In this document: positions 1 through 8,230 of the stretch, one piece after another
How the letters are laid out: each line of letters opens with the position of its first letter
Numbering within the stretch: the stretch's first letter is position 1
DNA from: Anaerolineae bacterium
GTDB lineage: Bacteria > Chloroflexota > Anaerolineae > B4-G1 > DUEL01
DNA length: 64,000 nt
Assembly (NCBI GenBank): GCA_041082215.1
Contig: JBDOIF010000041.1
Span: 1 to 64,000 of the forward strand
Direction of reading: 5' to 3'
Translations under genes and position numbers: made by a program
The notes under the pieces: generated by a model
What the model saw: only the letters and a program-made list of their open reading frames with translations
What the model was told of the DNA's origin: nothing
Databases searched by the model: none

Positions 1-172
1 CGGCCTCGTCGTACTGTCCCCGCGTGCTCAGCAGGTCGGCCAGGCTGGATTGGGTCACCGCCACGGAGCGGCTGTCGCCCAGCGCCTCGAAGACGCGGAG
101 GCTTTCGCGGTAGAGCCGTTCGGCCTCGTCGTACTGTCCCCGCGTGCTCAGCAGGTTGGCCAGGCCCGATTG
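1..172. repeat. 120-bp-period near-identical coding repeats (TPR units)
   Basis: cggcctcgtcgtactgtccccgcgtgctcagcaggt occurs at 1 and at 121. Confidence 0.85.
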
Positions 173-2152
173 AGTCTGGGCGGCCCGTCGTCGAGCGGTC
201 TGGACATCCTCGTCGCGGGTTGCCGCTGCGAGCAGGGCCCCGGCGGCGTCCAGTCCGGCCCGAAGCCACTCTACCTGCCGGGAAAGCATCCCAACCGGAA
301 AGGTCCAGGCGATCTGCAGGGCCAGGCCCACGGCCAGCCCCGGTTCGCGCCACCAGTCGCCCAGCAGCCAGTCGGCGGCCCGCTCCACCTCCGCGCGGCG
401 CGCCGCCAGTTCCTGCCAGTCCTGAACGCTGCGCGGAACGGTCTTCTCCAGGTAACGCTGCCAGCAACGGGCGTGGGCCAGCCGCGCGGCATCCTCGTCG
501 GCGGTCCCCCTCAGCCGCTCGTCGGCGTACTCGCGCAGGAGGTCGTGCATCCACCAGGTCGCCTCCTCCACCTCCTCGACCAGGCCGGCGTCGGCCAGCT
601 GGCCCAGCGCGCGGCGGGCGGTCTCCTCGTCCTCCTCCCACACGGCGGCGACGGCCGCCAGGTCGAACTCATTGCGGGCAAAGACGCCCAGCCGGCGCAG
701 GCGGGCCTGGTCGGCCGGTTCCAGGTCGTCGGCGCTGGCGTCGAAGGCGACGAGCACGCTCAGGTCGGGCCGCTCGCCCTGGTCGAGCACGCGGGCGCGG
801 CGGGCGCGCAGTTCGTCTCGCAGCGCGGCCAGGGGGCGGCGGGCGCTCTCGTCGCGCCGGTGGGCGATCTTTTCCGCCCGCCGCGCGGCCAGCACCAGCG
901 CCAGCGGGATGTTCTCCACAAGCTCCGCCACGGCCGCGGCGGCCTCTGGCTCGGCCTCTACCATCCCCGGCGGGAGCAGGCCGGCCAGCAGGTCGCCGGA
1001 TTGGGCCGGGGTGAGGGGGTCGAGTTCGCGCACCGCCGCGCCGGGCAGGGGCAGGTCGCTGCGGCGGCTGGTGACGAGCAGAGCGCAGGGCGGGCGCGGC
1101 GGTTCGATGCAGCCAAAATCGGCCAGGTGGCGGCCGCGGATGTCGTCCAGCACCACCACCGTTGGCGGCTGGCCGCGCCAGGCCAGGGCCAACTGGTCGG
1201 CGCGCAGGCGCAGGTCGTCGTGCTGGAGCGTCACCCCCAGGGCTTTGGCCATGCGATCCTGGATGGCATAGACGTCGTTCGGGCCGCAGTCGAACCACAT
1301 GACGCCGCCGGCAAACTCACCCTCCAGCTCGCGGGCGACAGCGATGGCCAGCTCGGTCTTGCCGATGCCGCCGATGCCGCGCACGCCGGCCAGCGCGGCC
1401 GCCTCGCCGCAGCGCAACCGCCCGCGCAGCCATTCCCGCTCCTCCTCGCGGCCCACCAGACGCAGGGCGCGCGGATTGGGGATGGGCGCGGGGATCGGCC
1501 CGGGCGGGGGCTGGGGGGCAGGCCCTTCCCGCCGCTCAAGCAGCAGGTCGCGGATCTCCGGCAGGACGGCGGTGTGCTCGGCGGCGGCCTCGGCCGCCTG
1601 CGCCGTGCGTTCGGCCAGTCCGGTCAGCCCCTGCATTTGCCCGGCCAGGCGGCGCAGCAGGCCGATCTGCAGCGCGCCCTGGAGTTCGCTGTGCGCGGCG
1701 GCCAGGTCCGTGAAGGCCGTCACCAGCGCGGCGATGAAGCGGTCGAAATCGAGGCCGGGCAGTAGGTCGGCATCGTAGCCGGCGGCGTCGAACTCGCGGC
1801 GCAGCAGGGCCAGGTCGAGCGCCGCGTCGGGGTGCGGGGCGTGGAGCAGCAGCGACAGCTCCTTCTGCACCGCCGGGCGGTGGAAAAAGCCCTCGAACAG
1901 CTCCTGGTAGTGTTCGGCCAGGTCGGCCTGCAGGGGCAGCGCGGCCAGCGCGCGGCCCAGCGCCTCGGTGAACACCTCCTCCAGCGCCTGCTGGCGGGCC
2001 GGGGTGCGGAAGGGTTCGGCGGCGCGCCTGCCGACCGCCCTGAGCAGGCCGTTGACCAGGTCTTTGGCCCAGCCTTTGAGCAAGTCAATGCCGAGGGCGG
2101 ACAGGAAGGCCTGCGCCGCGGGGGGGAGGGAAGAGAACCCGTCCATGCTCAT
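1..2152 (-). CDS. STAND (NB-ARC-type) NTPase with C-terminal TPR repeats, NLR-like; 3' end runs off the window
   Basis: Manual minus-strand translation from ATG 2152 (MSMDGFSSLPPAAQAFL...) stays open to position 2. Contains Walker A GIGGIGKT, Walker B VVVLDD, sensor LLVTSR, IPLAL (GxPLAL-like), MHDLLR motif, then 40-aa TPRs (LSTRGQYDEAERLYRESLRVFEALGD). Missing from the ORF track because there is no stop in the window. Confidence 0.9.
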   Translation of the reverse strand, partial: MSMDGFSSLPPAAQAFLSALGIDLLKGWAKDLVNGLLRAVGRRAAEPFRTPARQQALEEVFTEALGRALAALPLQADLAEHYQELFEGFFHRPAVQKELSLLLHAPHPDAALDLALLRREFDAAGYDADLLPGLDFDRFIAALVTAFTDLAAAHSELQGALQIGLLRRLAGQMQGLTGLAERTAQAAEAAAEHTAVLPEIRDLLLERREGPAPQPPPGPIPAPIPNPRALRLVGREEEREWLRGRLRCGEAAALAGVRGIGGIGKTELAIAVARELEGEFAGGVMWFDCGPNDVYAIQDRMAKALGVTLQHDDLRLRADQLALAWRGQPPTVVVLDDIRGRHLADFGCIEPPRPPCALLVTSRRSDLPLPGAAVRELDPLTPAQSGDLLAGLLPPGMVEAEPEAAAAVAELVENIPLALVLAARRAEKIAHRRDESARRPLAALRDELRARRARVLDQGERPDLSVLVAFDASADDLEPADQARLRRLGVFARNEFDLAAVAAVWEEDEETARRALGQLADAGLVEEVEEATWWMHDLLREYADERLRGTADEDAARLAHARCWQRYLEKTVPRSVQDWQELAARRAEVERAADWLLGDWWREPGLAVGLALQIAWTFPVGMLSRQVEWLRAGLDAAGALLAAATRDEDVQTARRRAAQTQSGLANLLSTRGQYDEAERLYRESLRVFEALGDSRSVAVTQSSLADLLSTRGQYDEA

Positions 2153-2338
2153 TCTGCCCCCTTTCTCAGCCGTCAAGCGCGTTCAAGAAGGAGCGGGCCG
2201 ATGCCAGAAACGATTATACCTTAAGAGCTGCCGGTTGGGAAGGAGTGGTTGTGGTGGGAGAGTTAACCTCATCCCTCGGGAGGGGGCAGGGGGTGGGGTG
2301 AGGGCCAGGCGGAGCGATTACCCCCCGCGGGATTTCCC

Positions 2339-2367
2339 TTGACATTTCCTCAATATTTAGGTATAAT
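2339..2367 (+). promoter_or_regulatory. Consensus sigma70/SigA promoter of the fur-ECF operon
   Basis: TTGACA (2339-2344), 17-nt spacer, TATAAT (2362-2367). Confidence 0.9.
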
Positions 2368-2376
2368 GAATGCATC

Positions 2377-2390
2377 TGCAATAAATTGCA
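2377..2390. promoter_or_regulatory. Palindromic operator, probable binding site of the adjacent Fur-family regulator
   Basis: TGCAAT-AA-ATTGCA inverted repeat just downstream of the -10 box and upstream of the SD (aagga). Confidence 0.6.
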
Positions 2391-2406
2391 ATAACAAGGA
2401 GTCGCA

Positions 2407-2844
2407 ATGCCCCATTGTCGGACCCTGATCGAGGCCCTCCATCAGCGCGGGCACCGGATCACCCCCCAGCGGGAGATGGTGATCGAGACGATCGCCCACA
2501 GCGGCCGTCATATGACCGCCGAGGAGGTGTACGAGGAAGTGCAGGCACGGAGCCGGGCGATCAACATCGCCACCATCTACCGGACCCTGGACCTGCTGGT
2601 AGAAGAGGGGCTGGCCAGCCGGGCCGACCTGGGAGGAGGGCGGGTCGTCTACGCCACAATCCGCCACGGTCCCCACATCCACCTGGTCTGTCGCCAGTGT
2701 GGGGCGGTGACCGATGTTGAGGCAGAGCTTTTCAAGCCCCTTTTCGAGTACATCTGCGCGCACTATGGATTCATCTGTTCTCCCCAGCACTTTGCCATCC
2801 ATGGCCTCTGTGCAGCCTGCCAGCAAGCAACCAGCAACGAGTAG
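2407..2844 (+). CDS. Fur-family metal-responsive transcriptional regulator
   Basis: RITPQR, HMTAEEVY, ATIYRTL, HxHLVCxxCG and C-terminal CxxC motifs. Confidence 0.92.
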   Translation: MPHCRTLIEALHQRGHRITPQREMVIETIAHSGRHMTAEEVYEEVQARSRAINIATIYRTLDLLVEEGLASRADLGGGRVVYATIRHGPHIHLVCRQCGAVTDVEAELFKPLFEYICAHYGFICSPQHFAIHGLCAACQQATSNE

Positions 2845-2869
2845 CAAGATGCAAGATGGATGAAGGAGG
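2821..2869 (+). repeat. Degenerate heptamer tandem repeat
   Basis: cagcaag caaccag caacgag tagcaag atgcaag atggatg aaggagg; spans the fur stop and the next SD. Confidence 0.55.
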
Positions 2870-2875
2870 GATAAG

Positions 2876-3847
2876 ATGTTGTTCAGTACAGTCGTAGCTT
2901 CGCCACCCCCCATGCACATCCCCGACGGCTTCCTCAGCCTCGGGGTGGCTCTGATCGGTTGGCTGCTGGCTGCGATCGGGGTGGGGATCGCCCTCTGGCG
3001 CAGCCGGGAGGCGCTGGGCGAGCGGCAGGTGCCGCTGATGGGCGTGCTGGCCGCCTTCATCTTCGCCGCCCAGATGCTCAACTTCACCGTCGCCGGCGGG
3101 ACATCCGGCCACCTGATCGGCGGGGCGCTGGCAGCGATCCTCCTGGGGCCATGGGCCGCTGTGCTGACGATGACCACCGTCGTGGCCGTGCAGGCGCTCC
3201 TTTTCCAGGACGGAGGGCTTCTGGTGATGGGGGCCAACATCACCAATATGGCCATCATCGCTCCGCTGGTGGCCTACGGCCTGTACCGGGGAGTGCGCCT
3301 GCTGGCCGGTGAGCGTCGGTGGGGGGTGTGGGCTGGCGGCTTCGCCGCCGCCTGGGCCTCGGTCGTCGTGGCGGCGGTGGCCTGCGCCATCGAGCTGGGC
3401 TTTTCCGGCACCTCCCCGATCGGCATCGCCCTGCCGGCGATGGCCGGCATCCATGTCCTGATCGGCATCGGCGAGGGGCTGATCACCCTGGGCGCGCTGG
3501 CTCTGGTCGCCGCAGCACGGCCGGACCTGCTGGCGGGGGAGCGAGCGCAGGCGCCGGGCGGCCTCCGCTGGGCGCTGACCGGGCTGGCGGTGGCGCTGGT
3601 GCTGACGCTGCTTTCCCCACTGGCCTCCCCACACCCGGACGGGCTGGAGCGGGTGGCGGAGGACCTGGGCTTCATCGAAGCCGCTCAGGACGCACCCTAC
3701 ACGGTGATCCCTGACTACGTCTTTCCGGGCATCTCCAACGAGGCGCTGGCGACCATCGCCGCAGGTATTGCAGGTACCCTTATTGTCTTCGGCATCGCGG
3801 TTGGGCTGGCGGCCCTTTACCGGCGCCGGAGGATGGCGGAGGCCTGA
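2876..3847 (+). CDS. cbiM: Ni/Co ECF transporter S component, CbiM/NikM fused to a PDGLE (NikN-like) domain
   Basis: MHIPDG motif at 2912, GTSGHLIGG, QALLFQDGG, ASPHPDGLE. SD-preceded ATG at 2876; alternative start 2912. Confidence 0.9.
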   Translation: MLFSTVVASPPPMHIPDGFLSLGVALIGWLLAAIGVGIALWRSREALGERQVPLMGVLAAFIFAAQMLNFTVAGGTSGHLIGGALAAILLGPWAAVLTMTTVVAVQALLFQDGGLLVMGANITNMAIIAPLVAYGLYRGVRLLAGERRWGVWAGGFAAAWASVVVAAVACAIELGFSGTSPIGIALPAMAGIHVLIGIGEGLITLGALALVAAARPDLLAGERAQAPGGLRWALTGLAVALVLTLLSPLASPHPDGLERVAEDLGFIEAAQDAPYTVIPDYVFPGISNEALATIAAGIAGTLIVFGIAVGLAALYRRRRMAEA

Positions 3848-4638
3848 TGCACATAGACGCTCTGGACAGCTACCGGCCCGGGGAAAGCCCGGTCCACCGG
3901 CTCGATCCGAGGGTGAAGCTCGTCCTCACGGCCCTTTTCATCCTCGTCGCTGCCCTCATGCCGGATCGGAGCTGGATCGGTTTCGGGCTGATGGGGGGAC
4001 TGATCCTGCTGGCAGAGCTGCTCTCCCGGGTTGGGCTGGGGCTGGTCCAGAAGCGGTCTGCTGTCGCCCTTCCCTTCACCCTGGCAGCGCTGACGGTGGT
4101 CTTCTCCACGCCGGGCAGGGCGCTCCTGAGGGCGTACCTGCCCGGCGGCCCCTGGACGGTCACCGACGCCGGGCTGCTCCGTTTCCTCTCCATCCTGCTG
4201 CGGTCCTACCTCTCCATCCAGGCCGCTGTCCTCCTCACAGCCACGACCCCGTTCCCCGACCTGCTCTGGGCCATGCGGGCCCTGCGGGTCCCGCGCACCC
4301 TGGTCGCCATCGGCGGCTTTCTCTACCGCTACCTCTTCGTCCTGGCCGACGAGGCGGCCCGGATGATGCGGGCCCGGGAGGCCCGATCGGCGGCTCCCGG
4401 CGGCCGGGGCGGCAGGAATGTCGTCTGGCGGGCCCGGGTCACCGGCGCGATGGCGGGCAGCCTCTTCATCCGCTCCTACGAGCGGAGCGAGCGGATCTAC
4501 GCGGCGATGGTCGCGCGGGGGTACGATGGCGAGATCCGCACCTTGGCCCCTCCGACCCTGCGGCCTGCCGACCTGGTCGCCGGCGCAGCGGTGGGGATGG
4601 CCCTTCTGTCCATCCTCTTCGTGGGAGGGCGGGGATGA
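3847..4638 (+). CDS. cbiQ: ECF transporter T component (CbiQ/NikQ)
   Basis: SPVHRLDPRVKL, YRYLFVLADEA, RSYERSERIYAAMVARGYDG. Confidence 0.92.
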   Translation: MHIDALDSYRPGESPVHRLDPRVKLVLTALFILVAALMPDRSWIGFGLMGGLILLAELLSRVGLGLVQKRSAVALPFTLAALTVVFSTPGRALLRAYLPGGPWTVTDAGLLRFLSILLRSYLSIQAAVLLTATTPFPDLLWAMRALRVPRTLVAIGGFLYRYLFVLADEAARMMRAREARSAAPGGRGGRNVVWRARVTGAMAGSLFIRSYERSERIYAAMVARGYDGEIRTLAPPTLRPADLVAGAAVGMALLSILFVGGRG

Positions 4639-5396
4639 GGGAAGAGACCCTGTCCCGAACCCGGTTTGTCGCCGGCCTTGCCGAAACGCCGCCCCCTGTC
4701 CTGGTCTCCGGCCTGCGCTTCTCCTACCCGGATGGGCGGGAGGCGCTGGCGGGGATTGACCTGCTGGTGGGACAGGGGGAAAAGGTGGCGCTGGTGGGGC
4801 CGAACGGGGCGGGGAAGTCCACCCTCCTGCTCCTGCTGACCGGCCTGCTCAGAGGGGAGGGGACCATCCAGGTCTTCGGCGAGGCGCTGCACGACGGGAA
4901 CCTTCGTCGGCTGCGGGCGCGGATGGGGATGGTATTCCAGGACCCCGACGACCAGCTCTTTTCCCCCACCCTCTTTGACGACGTGGCCTATGGCCCCCTT
5001 TACGCCGGGTTGCCGGAGCCGGAGGTGCGACGGCGGGTCTCCTGGGCGCTGGCCCAGGTTGGCCTGGATGGCTTCGAGGAGCGGCTCTCCCATCACCTGA
5101 GCCTGGGGGAAAAAAAGCGGGCCGCCATCGCCACCGTGCTTTCGATGCAGCCGGAGTTGCTGGTGCTGGATGAGCCTACGGCGGGGCTGGACCCCCGGGC
5201 GCGGCGGCGGCTGATCGAGCTTCTGCGGCATCTCCCGCAGACGATGCTGGTCGCCACTCACGATATGCGGATGGTAGCGGAGTTGCTGCCACGGACGGTC
5301 ATCATAGACCGGGGGCGAATTGTGGCCGACGGCCCCACTGCACAGCTTCTCTCCGACAGGCAACTGCTGGAAGCCCACGGGCTGGAACTGCCCTGA
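4635..5396 (+). CDS. cbiO: ECF transporter ATPase (CbiO/NikO)
   Basis: ATGA overlap at 4635; [36 protein letters not shown]. Confidence 0.92.
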   Translation: MREETLSRTRFVAGLAETPPPVLVSGLRFSYPDGREALAGIDLLVGQGEKVALVGPNGAGKSTLLLLLTGLLRGEGTIQVFGEALHDGNLRRLRARMGMVFQDPDDQLFSPTLFDDVAYGPLYAGLPEPEVRRRVSWALAQVGLDGFEERLSHHLSLGEKKRAAIATVLSMQPELLVLDEPTAGLDPRARRRLIELLRHLPQTMLVATHDMRMVAELLPRTVIIDRGRIVADGPTAQLLSDRQLLEAHGLELP

Positions 5397-5409
5397 GCGG
5401 GCGGGTTTT

Positions 5410-6456
5410 CTACTTTCTCTCCCTCAGGACCGCTGCCATTCCTTCCCGCGAGGGGAAGCCACGGGCGCTGATGTCCGCCTCCAGCGCCTCCAGGATCAGC
5501 CGGGCTGCCTGGTAGGCTGGCAGGGCCAGCACGCCCGGCGGCGTACCGCCGGAGACCTCCTGGTAGGCGGCGACGAAAGCCGGGCTGGTTCCTTCCTCCC
5601 CTGAGGGTATCCACAGGGGGGGGAACCAGGCCCCCTCTGCGGCCTCCCCCGCCACTGCTGTGAAGTCGGCCGCAGCCAGCGCCGGACCGCCCCGAAACTC
5701 TCCCATCCAGCCTGCTGCCCGCAGCGCCGCCGCCACCTCTCCGGCGGTCACCGGATCGGCGTCGCAGAGGACCACCGGAGGGTGGGCCGCCACCACCTTT
5801 TCCAGCCACCCCGGCTCCTCCGGCGAAACCCGTGGGGTCAGCCGGACCCCCTGCTCTTCGGCGGCTGCCTCCAGTGCCTGGCCCAGCGGCTCCCCCTGGC
5901 TTACCAGCGCCGCCGTCTCCACCCCCTCCAGCATCGCCCGGGCCGTCTCCTCTGCCATTGGCCCCATGGGAAAGACCCCCTCCTCCTCCGGGGCTGCCAG
6001 CGGCTCCAGGCCGCCCATCGCCACCAGGGGCAATCCGGCTTCCGCATAGGCTGAGGCCGCCGCCGCCGTCGTTCCGGCCCGGAAGTGGCCCAGAACCACC
6101 ACCACCTCCGGGTCCACCGCCAGCTTTTCCGCTTGCCTGGCTGCCATTTCGGGGTCCCCCCCATCGTCGTAGGCCACCAGTTCAACGAAATAGGGACCGA
6201 CCTTCCCGTCGGCCCCTATCCCACCGGCAACGTTTGCTTCCCGCAGCGCCAGCCGCACTGCTGGAAAGAGGTCGTATCCTGCATACCGGTACCGTCCCTC
6301 AAAGGGGGCCACCAGCCCGATCTTAACAGTGGGTCGGACCGCGTCAGGGACCTGGCAGGCGGCAAGAAGAAGGAGGCAGAAGACGGATAGGGCGAGGCGG
6401 GAAGCAGGAAACGTCGGGCGTGGAATGTCAGGCGTCAAGGCCCTCCTCCGCCACAC
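5410..6456 (-). CDS. Branched-chain amino acid ABC-type substrate-binding lipoprotein (LivK-like)
   Basis: Lipobox LLAAC; VKIGLVAPFEG, ELVAYDDGGDP; start uncertain. Confidence 0.75.
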   Translation of the reverse strand: MWRRRALTPDIPRPTFPASRLALSVFCLLLLAACQVPDAVRPTVKIGLVAPFEGRYRYAGYDLFPAVRLALREANVAGGIGADGKVGPYFVELVAYDDGGDPEMAARQAEKLAVDPEVVVVLGHFRAGTTAAAASAYAEAGLPLVAMGGLEPLAAPEEEGVFPMGPMAEETARAMLEGVETAALVSQGEPLGQALEAAAEEQGVRLTPRVSPEEPGWLEKVVAAHPPVVLCDADPVTAGEVAAALRAAGWMGEFRGGPALAAADFTAVAGEAAEGAWFPPLWIPSGEEGTSPAFVAAYQEVSGGTPPGVLALPAYQAARLILEALEADISARGFPSREGMAAVLRERK

Positions 6457-7604
6457 GATGCGTAGTTGGCATAGTGCTCCTCCTCTGTGACAGCGAAGAG
6501 GTGGCTGCCGTCGTTGGCATGACAGTTGGCGATGAAGTAGAAGTAGTCGGTATCGGCAGGGTAGGCTGCCGCCTCAAGGGAGGCCAGGCCGGGGCTGCAG
6601 ATGGGGCCAGGCGGCAGGCCGGGGTAGCGGTAGGTGTTGTAGGGATGGTCAATCTCGGCCAGGCTGTTTACCCCCAGCGCGTCGAAATAGAGCTTGCGCC
6701 ACCACTGACCGGTCGTTTCGTCATACCCCAGGCTGTACTGGACCGTCGGGTCGGCGTTCAGGAGCCAGCCTGCCTCCAGCCGGTTGAGGTAGACGCCGGC
6801 AATGACGGGCCGCTCTTCCGGGATCACCGCCTCTCGCTCCACAATGGAGGCCAGCGTGACCATCTCGTACAGAGAGAGACCGCGCCCGGCAGCGGCAGCC
6901 TCCATCTCGGGCGTCACCCGATCGTCGAAAGTGGCGAGCATCCGGGCCAGCACGTCGTAAGCAGTGACCTCTTCCGGCAGCCGGTAGGTCTCCGGGAAGA
7001 GGAACCCCTCCAGTGTGGCGGTGGGGGGAAGGGAGGCCAGAAACCCGTAGCCTGCCAGTTCGGTCTCCCGCCAGCCGGTGGTGGCCAGCGCCCGGAACTC
7101 CTCTTCCGGGATGCCGGTCTGCCGGGCGACTTCGGCGGCTACCTCTTCCAGTCGCAGCCCCTCCCGGACCGTCAGGACCCGTTCCGGCCGCCGTCCGCTC
7201 TGGAGGGCCTGGGCGATCTCCGGTATGGTCATGGTCTGCCGGAGGGTGAAAGTGCCCGCCTCCAGGCCGGCGTCCAGTCCCTTATACTGGAGGTAGCGCC
7301 GGAAGAGCTCGGCATCCGAGATCAGACCCGCCTCCTTCAGCCGTCGGGCTATGTCTACCGCTGTCTCCCCCGGTTCGATGATGAAGGTGACGGGGGTATC
7401 GTCGTTTCCGGCCGGCCGTGCCAGATCGTCGGCATGCATCTGGATGTAGGTTTCCAGCGCCACCTCCTCTGCCGGTCCCAGGGAACCGAAGCCACAGACG
7501 GAGAATCCTCCCACCCGTCGGGCAGCCCATACTACACCGCCGACCGTCACTCCCACGGCTATCAGGGCCAGCGCGAAGGCCCCGATCCGTCCGGCCTGTT
7601 TCAT
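6435..7604 (-). CDS. mltG: Endolytic transglycosylase MltG
   Basis: N-terminal TM helix; LEGFLFPETY, LASIVERE, NADPTVQY, YNTYRYPGLPPGPI. Confidence 0.93.
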   Translation of the reverse strand: MKQAGRIGAFALALIAVGVTVGGVVWAARRVGGFSVCGFGSLGPAEEVALETYIQMHADDLARPAGNDDTPVTFIIEPGETAVDIARRLKEAGLISDAELFRRYLQYKGLDAGLEAGTFTLRQTMTIPEIAQALQSGRRPERVLTVREGLRLEEVAAEVARQTGIPEEEFRALATTGWRETELAGYGFLASLPPTATLEGFLFPETYRLPEEVTAYDVLARMLATFDDRVTPEMEAAAAGRGLSLYEMVTLASIVEREAVIPEERPVIAGVYLNRLEAGWLLNADPTVQYSLGYDETTGQWWRKLYFDALGVNSLAEIDHPYNTYRYPGLPPGPICSPGLASLEAAAYPADTDYFYFIANCHANDGSHLFAVTEEEHYANYASCGGGGP

Positions 7605-8035
7605 TCGCTCCTCCCTTCTTCCCAGGTATGGCTGTCCAGAAATCCCTGGAGGATAACGGCGGCCGCTACTGCGTCCACCTCTCCCCGGTTGCGCTGCTTT
7701 CTTTTCCTGCCCGTTTGATGCAGAATCTCCTCGGCGATCGAGGTACTGTACCGCTCATCCCACATCTGTACCGGCACCGGGAGCGCATTGGCCAGGTTGC
7801 TGGCGTAGCGCTCCACCTCCTGTGCCTGTGGGCCGACCTCACCTCGCAGTGTGAGGGGCCTGCCGACGACCACGAGCTGGGCATTGTGCTCGGTCACCAG
7901 CTCCACAATGGCTGCGAAGTCCTTCTCCTGTGAGGTTCGTTCCAGCGTTTGCAGCGGACGTGCTATCGTACCGGTGGGATCGCTCACCGCTACCCCGATC
8001 CGCCGTTCTCCTATATCCAGCGCCAGTATTCGCAT
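7601..8035 (-). CDS. ruvX: Holliday junction resolvase RuvX (YqgF)
   Basis: ILALDIGERRIGVAVSD, WDERYST, VDAVAAAVILQ. Confidence 0.95.
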   Translation of the reverse strand: MRILALDIGERRIGVAVSDPTGTIARPLQTLERTSQEKDFAAIVELVTEHNAQLVVVGRPLTLRGEVGPQAQEVERYASNLANALPVPVQMWDERYSTSIAEEILHQTGRKRKQRNRGEVDAVAAAVILQGFLDSHTWEEGRSE

Positions 8036-8048
8036 ATTTCAACAACCT

Positions 8049-8230
8049 GACGGTGTAGGGCAAGCTGGAGCTTGCCCTACATTGATCCGTGGTGGCGGCA
8101 CCGGAACCCGGTCCAACCAATCGGGCCAGACGGTGTAGGGCAAGCTTAAGCTTGCCCTACATTTGGGCCACGACCCGCACTTCGATCCGTGGTGGCAGCA
8201 CCGGAACCCGGTTCAACCACTCGGGCCAGA
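8049..8230. repeat. Two GTAG REP-like hairpins plus a 47-bp duplicated copy of the adjacent gene's 3' end
   Basis: gacggtgtagggcaagct-(gg/ta)-agcttgccctacatt at 8049-8083 and 8129-8163; 8084-8130 matches 8184-8230 with 3 mismatches. Confidence 0.9.

Noticed and set aside
50..1765. 571-aa plus-strand ORF and other long shadow ORFs (8535-11141, 12490-14490, 33392-35818, 49449-51674, 57453-59789)
   Set aside because: Antisense to motif-bearing genes; expected in high-GC DNA; no recognisable motifs.
2345..2875. Cobalamin riboswitch before cbiM
   Set aside because: The leader is about 35 nt and the fur-cbiM gap is 31 nt; no B12-box seen.
8049..8163. Mini CRISPR array (35-bp palindromic repeats with a ~45-bp spacer)
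   Set aside because: Only two repeats, the spacer copies the adjacent gene, no cas genes or leader, and GTAG ends fit REP elements better.
8084..8230. DGR template/variable repeat pair
   Set aside because: Only 47 bp, the three differences are not adenine-specific on either strand, and there is no reverse transcriptase in the window.
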